64,000 bases of DNA. It comes from Trypethelium eluteriae (lineage: Eukaryota). Below the pieces are notes generated by a model. The model worked only from the letters and a program-made list of their open reading frames with translations. It was not told the origin of the DNA and made no database searches. Below, piece after piece: positions 27,028-39,505 of the stretch. Positions within the stretch are counted from its first letter, which is position 1. Every line of letters begins with the position of its first letter. The translations under genes were made by a program, and so were the position numbers. The stretch lies in the NCBI GenBank assembly GCA_051942245.1, contig JAVECL010000059.1, positions 1-64,000 on the forward strand. Direction: 5' to 3'.

Positions 27028-28675
27028 AGCGGGAGATACGTCATGACACGCGTTTCACGGCCAAAGGTTTTGCAAGATGACCCTGGGAAGACAATTCAGG
27101 CGTTAGATCGTTAATGCAAGATAGACCTTGGAGCTTGTAGTTCACACTGAACCGGCATGGCAACCTGCATTCGCGATGTTGATGAGAATGACTTTGGCTT
27201 CCTTATTCTGTTCTTGATTTCATGACTTATCCCGAACCAATAGCCCTGATGGAAGTGATCTAGATGATGCATACGAATTAGATCAAATCGAGTCGCCAAA
27301 ATTGCTACTTGCAGACTTTTGTGTTTAAGATGTATTGCTCTAGCGGGCAACCCTTTTGCGAGTGGGAAATCTCATTTATCAATTTTTCTAAAGACCAAAG
27401 GATTTGCCGCTCGGCACCAGGTAAGAACTCTAGGCATTCAGCTGTACCCGATCGAACTCTATTTGCCATCTGCAGGGCGAGTACCCTATGGCAAAATTCC
27501 AGTACGAGGGACGCAGGCACGATAGATGGATGGTCTGCTCCACGCTTTTGACCCGAAGATAGGTAGGTAATGTTCTAGCAAAGAGGGCTTTGGAAGCTCC
27601 AAATAGACTTCGAAAGGATGCATAGCACTCCTGTCGTAATGGATCTATCTTCTCCATGCTACACTAACGACGACTCCCGAAGCCGTGGCTATGAATGGTC
27701 ATCTACAAGATATAGCCCAGCGTGAAAGACAGCATCACCTTGCGAGCGTCCCATTTGAGCTTTGATCAACAAGAGCTGATAAGCGTAAACAACCCAGTAC
27801 TGTATGAAACCACTTTGATTTAGTGTCATGCTGGGTAGCAATAAGTTTCAAGACGAGATGGAAAGCCTCGGTGCTGACTTTTGAGAGGCATTTGATAATT
27901 TGGCAGGTCATCCATACAAACTAGCTGGGCTCAGTCCACGCTGAGATACACTCAGCACCTATTATTAATTAGCATTCGATATCAGCGAGCGCAAAAACGC
28001 ATCATATCGGAAATCTTGTTATTTAAGAAGCAAGTGTAGGAAAAAAAATTGAGAGAGGGTTTCGGTGGTTTCGGATCGTCCTCCTTGGGTCGTCCGAAGT
28101 TTTCCTTCAGGGTGAAACGTCCAAGCGTCAATCAGCTTATCTGGCCTGCCACCTTACCTACCTACATACAGTATCTCTTTCATCCCAAAAATTGAGTATC
28201 GCTTGGCTGGAAAATACTGACTGTATGTGGCTGTTCGCGCCACGTACGATGAAGTGGTGAAATCGTGAGCAAGAAAGCTTCTAATTGGCCTTTATCTTCT
28301 CGAACTCTGGCCGATTACCGCCATCCGATTCCCTTGTTGCCTCTTGAAAACCGTACTTGACTTACGTGTGCTTCATGATTCATGCGCTCCACCGTGCAAG
28401 TGAGCATTCGAAAGAGTGATACGGTCTGGCTACTAGCTCATTGTGCTTGCGGTACATTCACGGTTCCATCCGTCGGAAAGTGCACATAGCTTTTGCATAC
28501 GGCACATCCTCAAATAGCTCCACTGTTGCCCATTTCGACGCTCAGGCCGATCAATCTAGGCGCAAGCATACACATATAGCTATGCTTGTCAGTGCCTACT
28601 CCATGCTCCATACGAAGCTAGCTCGGCAACCCTGAATCCCCAGTGAGCGCATGAAGATGGATTGATCTTTCAGAA

Positions 28676-31369
28676 ATGGAGACCTCTGAATCTTATGAGT
28701 CCGTGTGATACCCCTCGTTTACTTTTGCTCACGACCGTTTCTGTATTTCTCTGACCTTTCTCCAGATTAGTTCCAACTTCGGAAGAACAAGCTTCCAGGG
28801 TTGAGAGCACGGAAGACGGGCGAGCAGCGCCACAATCTACAGAAAACGAAGATGCTGTAGAAGCGGAGACAGATGGGGACGATTTCGCCAAAGATCCTTT
28901 CAAGCCTTTCAATGATTTGGGAAATGATACCGGAAACATTCTTACTGTACGTGCGATTGGAGTAGGCATACTCTGCGGCGCCCTTGTCAACACATCAAAC
29001 ATCTATCTTGGCCTCAAATCAGGATGGACAGCTGGCGCGAATATATTTGCCGTAAGATTACCCTTTTCTTGGAAACTATAGGTCTCGCTCACTTCATATA
29101 GTCGATAATTGGCTTTACAGTATTAAAGTACTGCTCGACACACTTCAGTCACATTCCGATACTCGGTCGTGATTTCGGGCCTCGCGAAAACAACATCGTA
29201 CAAACAGCTGCCACGGCCGCCGGCGGCATGAGTAATGTTTTTGTTTCCGCCTTCCCTGCTATGTATCAACTGGGTCTCCTTGATACTCCTCAACGAGATT
29301 ACTGGCGGATCTCGATCTTGACTGCGCTTGGGGGCTACTTTGGCTTCTTCTTTGCAACTCCACGTATGTAAAAAATCGAGACCCATGCCTATACTGCATG
29401 GCCTAATGACTGTAGTTCGGAAATTCTTCATTTGCTGGGTCGGCCGTGAGTTGGGTCTCATCTTTCCATCTTCATCTGCTACTGCCATCACAATTCGGGG
29501 TATGCACATGGCCTCTGAAGGTGGCGCTTCGGCTCAAAACAAGACGAAAGCTCTTGGTATGACTTTTACATTCGCAGCCTCCCTTCGCGTCATCTCACAG
29601 TACGCTATGGGTCTTCTATGGGTATAATCTCTGTCGTCAATTTTGTGATCTCGACTAATCAAACTCAAGGATTGGCACATATTCACGTGGGCTTTCAAAT
29701 TTGGGCTGTTCCAAGATGCAGCTGTGTTTATGGAAAGTTGGGGTTGGTTCATTGAATGGTCACCAGCCTTCATCGGGACGGGAATGCTAGTCGGCCTCAA
29801 TGTAGCAATCTCTCATCTTGCTGGGAGTATCCTTGCCTGGTAGGTGACTTGGTATTGAAACGTGCTTCAGAGAGATAGTTCAGGGGTTTACTGATGGTCT
29901 CAGGGGTATAATAGGGCCAATACTGGTCGTCCGAGGGCAGGCTTTTGGGTCACCTGCAACGGACGTCCTAGAGTGGTCTGGACTGATGTCCTATACTTCT
30001 CTTTCTAGTGATTTCACGACTCCGGACCATCCCAGTCCTCGATACTGGCTCCTTTGGCCGGGTGTTTCCTGCATGATAGCGGTTTCCATGACAGGTAAGA
30101 GCTCTGTGTTTACTCATTGGGAAGGCCCCATCGCTGACAAAGATTCACAGATCTTCTCTGTCAATGGCGTATATTCTGGCTCACTAGCAAAGTGGTATAC
30201 GATGGGATCGCCCGTAGCTATCGATCCCTTTTTACGCAATCTTCCGGGGGCCAATACGCCCGAGCGGACCGAGCAAGCAAGATCAAAGATTCTGAGGTTC
30301 AAGATTCGGCGTTGGACCATGAAACTGTGAAGCTTTGGATGTGGGTTCCTGGACTGGTCATAGTTCTTGTACTGACCTGTGTTGTCATGCGTGGTCAGTT
30401 TGGTATGCCCGTGCGGGAGACTCTCTTGGCCTTGTTCCTGGCGTTTTTCTTTTCCTTCCTTGCTATACAGGCGACTGGCGCGACAGGTACAGTTCCTTTC
30501 TGTCAGATGGAATACTTTTACAAGTAGTAGTGACACTGATGGCGCACAGACATTACGCCTTTGACTGCGGCGTCCAAAGCCTCTCAAATTATTCTCGGAG
30601 CGGTTACCAAAGGGGAGAACTGGACACTCGAGCAGTCACAGCGCATGAATCTCCTTGGGGGCGCATTCGCAAGCGTAGGAGCCAATCAGGCTGTTGGTAT
30701 GTGTCTCCCGAATATTCAATACCTTGCCTCTATGATGATATCACTAAGAGCATTCTTCCAGATCTGGTTGGTGATTTTCGAGTTGGCTATCTCCTTCGTA
30801 CCTCGCCGAAACTCCAATGGCTTGCTCAAGGCATCGGAACTCTTTTCGCTATATTTCTGGCACCAGGTGTCTATGTTCTTTTCAGCAATGCATACCCCTG
30901 CATCCACGACGTCAACACCGAAGGATGTCCATTCCACGTTCCGTCTGTGGGGGCCTGGCGCGCTGTCGCTGTTGCTGTGACCGAGCCCGACTTCACCATT
31001 CCAAACTCAAGCAAGAACTTTTCTGTCTTTTTTGCAATATTTGGAGCTATCATGGTCCTTATCCGACGCTATGTACTGATAGGCCGTTGGGAATGGTTAA
31101 GAACTTACCATCCAAACATGATGGTACTGTCACTAGCTTTCATTATTGACACGACAGTAGTGGGGACCGCAATGGCGATTGGCGCAGTTATAGCAACGAT
31201 CTGGGCGAGACGTTCTGCTCGCTCGTTCGAAGACTATGGGTACGGAGTAGCGGCTGGCTTTATGGCAGGTGAAGGCATTGGGGGTGTGGTTAATGCCATA
31301 ATTCAGATGCTTGGCTTTTCAGGCAATATATACGGGACTGGCTTTGGTTGCCCGGCAGGCGACTGCTAA
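28676..31369 (+). CDS. OPT superfamily (YSL-like) oligopeptide transporter
   Basis: ILTVRAIGVGILCGALVNTSNIYLGLKSGW, PSPRYWLLWPGV, LAIQATGAT, DLVGDFRVGYLL, AAGFMAGEGIGG. Multiple introns; start codon inferred. Confidence 0.9.
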
Positions 31370-31607
31370 TTGGTAGACCTTTGGGATCGATAGACTCTCC
31401 CACGAAAATAGACAGATGGAAGGAAAGAGAAAATGAAGTAGCAGACGCTTGCTTGTCGTCTGCTCACCGCTCAATGCTTTCAGATTCCCTGCTATGGTCC
31501 GTGCTGACCGAAGCTAGAACAGCTCTAAATAATAAAACTGTATGCGCCCCTCTTTGAATCCTCCAACAACACCCTTCCGGAAGCCCCAATGGCCATGAGG
31601 GCAAAAC

Positions 31608-33059
31608 ATGCTCGAGATCCTTAGCCGGCCGGGCTCATGTAAAATCTCTTCGATTCGGTTACAATGGAGGAAGCTTAACCTTAATGTCTCCGCTCAACCA
31701 CTAAGAAGCTCTCGGGGATTAAAGACGGTCAAGGTAACTGACGGTGATGTTGCACGGTTAGCTGCGAAACCATTGCATCCACTCACCTTAGCGGATTTGG
31801 TTAAGTATTGAAGCTTCAAATCCTTTCATCTTCTCCAACTGACCTCTAGCAGACATGGTCGCCCACCACTGGAGACGCCTGCGTTACTGAGCTCTGCGAA
31901 TTTCACCCTCTCCATTCTACCCGGCCGGCTAGCTCACCGCATTCAATCCCTACGTAATCTACCTTATATCGTCGTTGCCAATCCCAATGTCTCCAAGATC
32001 CATAACAATTATTTACACTCGCTCGGCACCCTCCTACCCTATGCCGAACGCCAAATCGAGACGCTAGAAGATGAGATCCAATTCACAGAAGTCATGGCCA
32101 ATCTAGTACAGACGCACGCCAACACCATCTCCATCCTCGCCCGCGGCTTCCTCGAGGCCCGCAGATACATCAGCCCTCGCGAAGTCACCCGGTTCCTAGA
32201 CGAGCACCTGCGGGCCCGCATCGGGACGCGCCTCGTCGCAGAGCAGCACATCGCACTGCACTTCAGCTCGATCCCACACGCAGAGCTCTCAGAGTCGCAT
32301 GCGCAGGAGAGCCAAGCGGCGCGCCAGTCGAGCTACATCGGCATCATCGACACGCAGCTCCGACCCGCCGACGTCATCCGCAACTGCGAGTCTTTCGTCG
32401 GCGAGATCTGCGAGCTTCGTTATGGCGTGCGACCTACTCTGTCTATCAACGACCCGTGTGATTCTCCTCACGGCACCACTTTCGCGCATGTCCCTGTGCA
32501 TCTGGAGTATATTTTGACTGAGCTGCTGAAGAATGCGTTCAGAGCGACGATTGAGAAGGGAATGGAGCGCGAGCCAATTGAGGTGACGATTGCACCGGCG
32601 CCAGAAGAGCCGGAGAATGCGGACGGTGTGCATGAGGGAGCCATCTCGACGCATGATCAGGGTGCCGTAGATGTCACGAGCGGAGCGAATAAACCAGAGG
32701 TGGCAGCTGCAGCGAATATACGGCCATTGGAGAAGAGTACACCGGGAGTGACGATACGGATTCGGGATCGAGGGGGTGGGATCTCGCCTGAGAATTATGC
32801 GAAGTTGTGGGAGTATGGGTTTACGACGTTCAACGAGGATCAAGCATCAGACGCGGCTGGAAATGGAAATATGGATGCACTGAATGCTATCAGTGGAGTA
32901 GGAGGTGATGGTGGGAGTAGTCTTGCAGGCCTGGGTTATGGATTGCCACTGGGAAGAGCATATGCGGAGTATTTTGGTGGTGGTATCGCTGTGCAAAGTT
33001 TGTGGGGATGGGGAACTGATGTCTATTTGAGTCTCAGAGGTGTCGGCAGAATTGAGTAA
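31608..33059 (+). CDS. Mitochondrial alpha-ketoacid dehydrogenase kinase (PDK/BCKDK family)
   Basis: LHPLTLADLVKHGRPP (intron 31805-31852), FLDEHLRARIGTRL, ELLKNAFRAT, IRDRGGGI, LAGLGYGLPLGRAYAEYFGG. Confidence 0.92.
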
Positions 33060-33169
33060 CACATTGAATCCAAAGCAGAATATCCTGATCGTGGAGCAAT
33101 ATGCGCAGATACGGAGTCTCGAAAGGACTCACGGGACTCTACATGTGAAACGCAGCCATGGGTAGACGG

Positions 33170-33545
33170 TGGACCCCTATGAAGTCTCCGCAACCATGGA
33201 TCCCTGCAAGGTCTCGCCCGATGGAGATCCTTGTAAGATTTCCGCGACAAACAATCCTTGTAAGTGGAGGTCTCCGCGATGATGGATCCTTGCAAGGCCT
33301 CCGCGGTGCCGCGCTGAAAAATCCTTGTAAGCTCTCCGCGACCAACAATCCTTGCAAGCTCTCCACCAGGGGCCATCCTTGCAAGCTCTCCACCAGGGGC
33401 CGTCCTTGCAAGCTCTCCGCGACGATGGATCCTTGCACGGTCTCGGCGATGGAAACTCCTTGCAAGGTTCCACTCTCTACGCTCATGGATCCTTGTAAGA
33501 TCCCTGCGATGCAAAATCCTTGTAAAGTCTCCGCGTCGCGGAGAC
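33170..33545. repeat. Degenerate 27-bp tandem array, about 13 units, ending in a palindrome
   Basis: Core TCCTTG(C/T)AAG, or a variant, at 33174, 33201, 33228, 33255, 33287, 33322, 33349, 33376, 33403, 33430, 33457, 33490 and 33517. GTCTCCGCG-T-CGCGGAGAC at 33527-33545. Confidence 0.92.
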
Positions 33546-35231
33546 CAGACAGGGGTGTGCGCGTCTGTACTGTACCAGGTCTCAAGTCAACCACCCAGGA
33601 TAGCACAGGTCCTACGGTACTACTCAGTAGCTCTTGCGCCGCGTGCTAGACTTGTATCCTCTACGTATGAGTTCTGCTTATTTATGAAATCTCTTTGGTC
33701 GCCACCATTCTGGAAGATCCATTTCAAGAAGCATCTCAGGTCAGCTTCTATTGCGAGCAATCATAACCTATTCACTGAACCGCTCCAAACACATAGGGGT
33801 CGCCGGAGGAGGGCAAATCAGAGTACCAACGCATATCTTTTTAGCTGCAGGGGAGAGTGCAGTAGAAGCTCTCACGACAGCAGCTGTCAGGAGCTGCGAG
33901 TGCGCACGTATTTGCCAGGGCTGTGAGCCACGCGTAGTATGTCAAGACCAACCCATGCCTATTGGGCGAGCCTTCCACTTCCCACGTGGAAAAGGAGACG
34001 AGACTGGAAAAGCAAGGCCTGGAGCACAAAGCAGAGCAAGCACGTGGATGGGTAGAGACCGAGAACGAAGTACTAGGCAAATCGGAAGAAAGCATTTACG
34101 GTAGAGCCCAGCAGCTTGATACAGATACTGTTCTCATTGGTTTGCAATGGTTCGCATCGAACAAGGAGGCAGGCAAAAGGTCGAAAGTGGCTGCTTCGCC
34201 CGATATCTCGGCCTAAACGCGAGCAGGCACGGCAGGCTAAAGCTCTGCTTTTGCACAAGGTTGGCCACTACCGTATCTAAGTCAGCCTCGCGGTACTGCG
34301 TCATCCAGCGACTCACGCAGAGAGCCAAGCAGGCATTTCAACCACAATCCCAATCATGCAGTTGGACGCGCAATTTGTTTCTCTAGGTACGAATGGACAG
34401 TATTGGTAATATGCACAGTATGCTCAGCCGTACAGCTACCAGAGAGCCCACTGGACTTTCAGCCAGCATATAATCTTCGCAAAATGATAATGTAAACAAC
34501 CTAGATGTTGTAAATGATTCGGAGATAGGGTTCAATTCGTAAGATGGCAAAAGTCGACCTTTTGCTGAGCTTATGAATATTTCGAAGGCTAATCATGGTT
34601 AGTTGGGGGGCCCACACACTTCTGACCTTCGGGGTGGGTGGATTCCCTTTTGCCTTGTTCGCAGTCGATCGCAGAATCCCACTCCTCTGCTTGGCGGCGC
34701 GCCCGTGGGAAACTCTGCCGCCATTGGCAGCCATGGTAGTTAACGGTAGTGCTCCGCGAGCTCCAGTAGATAAGATAGCCAATAGCTATACATGTCCCTT
34801 AAGCCACGACGTCGGGCAGACAAGCGACTTTTTAGCGAAGTAGGCTCTTTCCTTTTACGCGAACGTTAGCCACCCACCAACCGTCGCACCGTCGGGATGT
34901 CGGCAACCCTGGTAGGTACATGAGATGGGCACATTCGCAAGCACATCTGCACACCCTTTACCTTTAAAAGGGCTTCTGCGCCTTCAGTCCTTGAGTTGTT
35001 TACTATAACGTTGAATTCTTCTACGACTCGCAGGACCACAGGATTTACTCGACAGCCGTTTCTTATAGTCTGACGATCCAGTACCGTACCTGGAGAGTTT
35101 GATTTATTAGTATCCTTTCCCGGCACGCTGCTCTGTCAACCAGCACTATCACTTTTATTGTTCCTACCTTACCAGACAAAGCGCTTGTCGGTGCGTCTCC
35201 TTTTATCCTCCGCGCTACATCCCAGGTAGCC

Positions 35232-35528
35232 ATGCTAACCATTGTGCCTCGAACCTTGGACCTCAGTGACAAGGTCAATATCAGTCTCGCTGTACTTGCG
35301 GCTTTGGTCGCTATACTGACTGCTTTACTTGCTTGGTTATCCTTCCGGCTACAAAGACGGACAGCAATCCATAGAGGTGATTAGTTGCATTGCTCAGGGC
35401 AAACGTGGTTGAATTGCTAATTGTGCACAGGATCGAGGGACATCGAGCATGAAGAGTCGTTTGAGATTAGCTTTCGCGTGAGACCTAATAATAGCACCTT
35501 AACTAGCTGGAGCCGGCGCCGGGAGTAA
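35232..35528 (+). CDS. Small single-pass membrane protein, about 80 aa
   Basis: GCCATG start; MLTIVPRTLDLSDKVNISLAVLAALVAILTALLAWLSFRLQRRTAIHR. Phase-1 intron 35377-35430 (GTGATT...GCTAAT...CAG); exon 2 open to TAA 35528. Confidence 0.65.
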
Positions 35529-35821
35529 CCGTTGGCCGACAACGTTTTGCCCAAGCATCTGCTCTCCCAGGATTCTCACGATCCTTAGCATCATCCTCAT
35601 CGTCAAAGCTTCCTCCGGTGACCCAGAATATCCCATCGGAATCCTTTGGAACTTAGCTTTTGCAGGCGGCCCTCATACGACCGTGTATATAGAGCACCTC
35701 TCTCGTGTTTTCTCATGTCTTCTTCTGCCCTTCTGGAAGCCTTGTACCCTGCCACCTCACCCAGCTGATCGTCGCGCGGGCCGTCCAAAAACATACCGGT
35801 CTCTCGGACTGCATCAAAATA

Positions 35822-36997
35822 ATGTCATTTCTGACATTACACATCTTGACGACGCTCCTTTTTGCTCTTCCCACCCTCTCTATAAACCGACTTCAACACC
35901 CGCTACTATCCTCGCCTCCGGCCCCATTACCCCTCGTCCTGTGGCATGGGCTTGGGGACAACTTTGCCGCCGATGGAGTCAACAATGTGCTGGACCTCGC
36001 ATCCACAATTCATCCTGGAACCGTCACCTACGCCATCCGCCTTGGCGACGACGCGAGCAGCGACCGCAGCTCCTCCTATTTTGGCAATACGGCCAGCCAG
36101 ATCGAAGCGGTCTGCGACGCCATCACCTCTCACCCCGTGCTCAGCAAGGCACCCGCAATCGACGCACTGGGCTTCAGCCAAGGAGGATTGCTCCTCCGAG
36201 GAATGATCCAACGGTGCGGCGATAGGGTGAAAGTGCGCAGTCTCGTCACGTTCGGGAGTCCGCATTCAGGGATCTCGACGTTCCAGGACTGCGAGCCGAC
36301 TAACTTGCTTTGTCACGTTGTCTTTGGTCTGTTGTAGGAAAATACGTGGAGTAGGTTTATTCAGGGCAGATTGGTGCCCGCGCAATATTATCGCACGCTG
36401 AATGAGAGCACGGGGGAGCCGACGGAAGAGTATCTGAAGTACTCGAATCTGCTGGCGGACGTGAACAATGAGCGGGGGGTGAAGAATGAGACCTACAAGG
36501 ATCATTTGAGTCGGCTTGAGAGATTCGTCATGTATCGGTTCGAGGAGGAGGATGCGGTCATTCCGCCAGAGAGCACGTGGCTTGCGGATGTCTGGCAAAA
36601 GCCAGCTCCCGATGGCGATGAAGGAACGGATGAGAGGATTGTCACACCGTTGAAGGAGAGGAAGATGTATGAAGAAGACTGGCTGGGATTAAGGAAGCTT
36701 GATGAGAAGGATGCATTGGAGTTTAGAACCATTCCTGGAAAACACATGCAGATTGGCAAGGAGGTGCTGAGGGATGCCTTCAAGAACCACTTCGGACCAT
36801 TGAAAGAGTCAAAATTACGTGACGAGGAGACGGTTTGGACGGTACAGAGGTTATCCGAGTTGTCATGTCCACTGGGAATCCGAGTATGTGTCGTGGCAGT
36901 GCAGATGGGCGCAGAACTTAAAGACTCAGCGGGTTCCGGGCCCGATTCTCTTGAAGATATTCATGGGTGGTGGGGGTTCCGTCCTGATGATTACTAA
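35822..36997 (+). pseudogene. PPT1: Palmitoyl-protein thioesterase 1 with in-frame premature TAG
   Basis: Signal peptide, LVLWHGLGD, GFSQGG, LVTFGSPH. TAG at 36335-36337, then the same frame continues ENTWSRFIQGRLVPAQYYR...DWLGLRKLD...GKHM. Confidence 0.8.
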
Positions 36998-37909
36998 CCC
37001 GGGCGGCGCTGGAGAGTTGAATTGAAACTTGAAGCAAGCAAAGCGCTGTCAATGGCCACCGTGTATTTGAGAGACCACTGATGTCATCTCCAGAGCGAAA
37101 TGAAAGAGAAGAGTGTCAGAATGTTGATTGATGTTGCTGGGCTTGGGTAAACCGTGTTCAGGATACAGCTCGGCTCACATTCCGAGGCAGCGCTCGATGA
37201 GAGTATATTCGTAGAATTATTTGCCGCCGGGGCGTCATTGCGCATAGGTTTCAAACACTGACCAATGAATTCTTCCAGGGATTCTAGGTGCAAGAGTTTC
37301 AGCAGCTCATTTTAGTTCTTGACGACGTGATGAGCAAGGAAGCTAGAGCGCGTGAATTTGGATTCGAGCGGAATTTGTGTTATAAAAAAGACCATAGTAG
37401 GACGAGGTAGCCCAAATGTATACGAACCCAGATTTCACTCGGTCTTCTGAACCTTGAATCAGAATTTAGAGATCTATATATGGAGCAACTCCACACAAGA
37501 TGATAAGATATTGCTGTTAGGTAAATTGCCAACGCTGAAGAACCAAGTCACTCTACGAGGCCTTGTTGGAAAACAACCTCTTATCTTAATCTCTGAAGAA
37601 AAATTGCATACAACATAAAAGAAGTACTATTCTAGAGTGGCCAGATTTTCGCGTACATTGTCAGAACTATAGAACAGATCCACAGCCCGAATGCTCTGCA
37701 CACCAGAAATTTGAGAAAGCCTCTTGATTGCCATGGCAATTGACGCTAGAAATTGGTAAGCTATGCGGCCAGGCGTTGTCACTAATCAGTATTATGTACC
37801 TAGTAGAGTCTAGCAGGCTCCTTCGGTAAGAGCCACCAGATATCTGGGATTTGGTGTGGCGGTGTTGTTCAGGGGCCGACAGAATGTGTGGCGGGGTAAT
37901 GAGCCCGGG

Positions 37910-38170
37910 TCATGCTCTCACGTGATGAAAGCGATGGGGAGGAAATACACCAAGCTCGTGATCGACACGTTGAGTAACTATCTCCACTGAGCAGTCGTCC
38001 GGAAGACGAGCAATAATATATTTGAATATACCTTGACGCCTGGTAACACGTCGTTGGTGAAAATAGGCTAAGATACCGAATACTGCTGTGATTACCGCAA
38101 GGACAACACCAAGAACGCCGAAAATTATGTCAAGGCTGCTCTCGGTGGATAACGCGCGGCGAGAGAGCAT
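37910..38170 (-). CDS. Small single-pass membrane protein, about 71-86 aa
   Basis: MLSRRALSTESSLDIIFGVLGVVLAVITAVFGILAYFHQRRVTRRQG. Possible in-frame 45-nt intron 38031-37987. Confidence 0.6.
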   Translation of the reverse strand: MLSRRALSTESSLDIIFGVLGVVLAVITAVFGILAYFHQRRVTRRQGIFKYIIARLPDDCSVEIVTQRVDHELGVFPPHRFHHVRA

Positions 38171-39505
38171 TGTCAATTTGAATAGAGTTTAGCTGGAATG
38201 AAGCCGCATTGACAACGAGATTAGAATCTCATTTCACCTGGGCAAGTCCTGTCTTTTGAATTATAGTCCGCAGTGTCCGTCACTGATGCATGAGATCCGA
38301 GACACATGGAATCACCGAATGATCCGTTGGTTGATTGGTTCTATGCTATTGGGGTCGTAATCGTCGTGGCTGCGCTAGGCCTAGTCCGGCGATTAGGTCT
38401 GCAAATACTTTGGATGCTTTAGGCCTATTCTGGATGCGTCGAAGTAGATCTGCGACAGAATCCAACGGCGACGACCACAAGCTATCTGTCAGTATCTCGC
38501 AGCCTTAATAATTTCCCGGTCCCGTGCGGACCATTCCGTCCAGGTACGGCACCCGCACGCTAGGCAGGAAACTTACCCAATCCTCATAGGTGGGTTCGGA
38601 CCAGCAGAGAACCTTTATGTAGATCATTATCACAGCCTTAGCAGCATAATACAGAGCCTCAGACTTGCTTCACAGCCTTTTGAACATTGAAATGCTGTAC
38701 GGATTGGCCTGCCGTCCTAAAACAGCGGTCTGCATGAACGATCCTGGCCGGGCGCGACCCAGTGGCTTGGAAAGCCACATGGCCAGAGGTTGGGACCTGA
38801 CTCATCTGGTATGTGAGACGGAGAAGTTAAAAGCTAACATTTCTATGTCAGTTTCGTTAGGAGTGACAAGTCCACCGCGGCCCACTGTAGGCTTCTTCAA
38901 CTAGTGTAGCGCAGTGTAAGGCATAAGCATATCCGCGAAAGGTAACATAGAGGGTGATGCTGACTTCGTGCGTGCCTCAAAACCTGGCCAATGTTGACTT
39001 GAAGTACCATCGTCCTCCCCTCGTTGGTTGCTTGTCTGAAGGTGCACCTCGAATACGCAAATAGCTGGGATGGCGCTTGCTGCGATGCGGTGGCCTGCGT
39101 ACCTTATTGAGCTAGACATCATCAATGTACTGACAAAGTCGAGATGTGTTGAGATTGGTCAATATTCGCGCACCATCTTAACAAAATCATGGGTTTCAGC
39201 CAATAAGCAGCTCTACTTAATATTCCCGAAGACATCGGCGCTATTCGTCTTGGACGTCGCTTCGACACAAAACGATAAATAAGAAATATTTTTTTATCCG
39301 ATCAAAGTGATCGATATCTTTGAGTACAGGAGCTCACTACTGACTGCCTACTACCTACTGATCCAAGGGTAGAGCAAGCGAGCCAAACGGCTGTCAGAGC
39401 TTGCAATGTGACTTCCTCTAGCACCAAATGGCGTGGCCTTCCGTATTAGCGCCAATTGTTAAAATTCGGTGACGAAAAGCTTCGGTCTTCGCTGCTAGAA
39501 AGCCA

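Noticed and set aside
33170..33545. CRISPR array interpretation of the 27-bp repeats
   Set aside because: Eukaryotic context and no cas genes; the period is too short and the variable parts are related to each other rather than unique spacers.
33527..33545. Helitron 3' hairpin
   Set aside because: No CTRR terminus at the expected short distance and no Rep/helicase remnant recognised.
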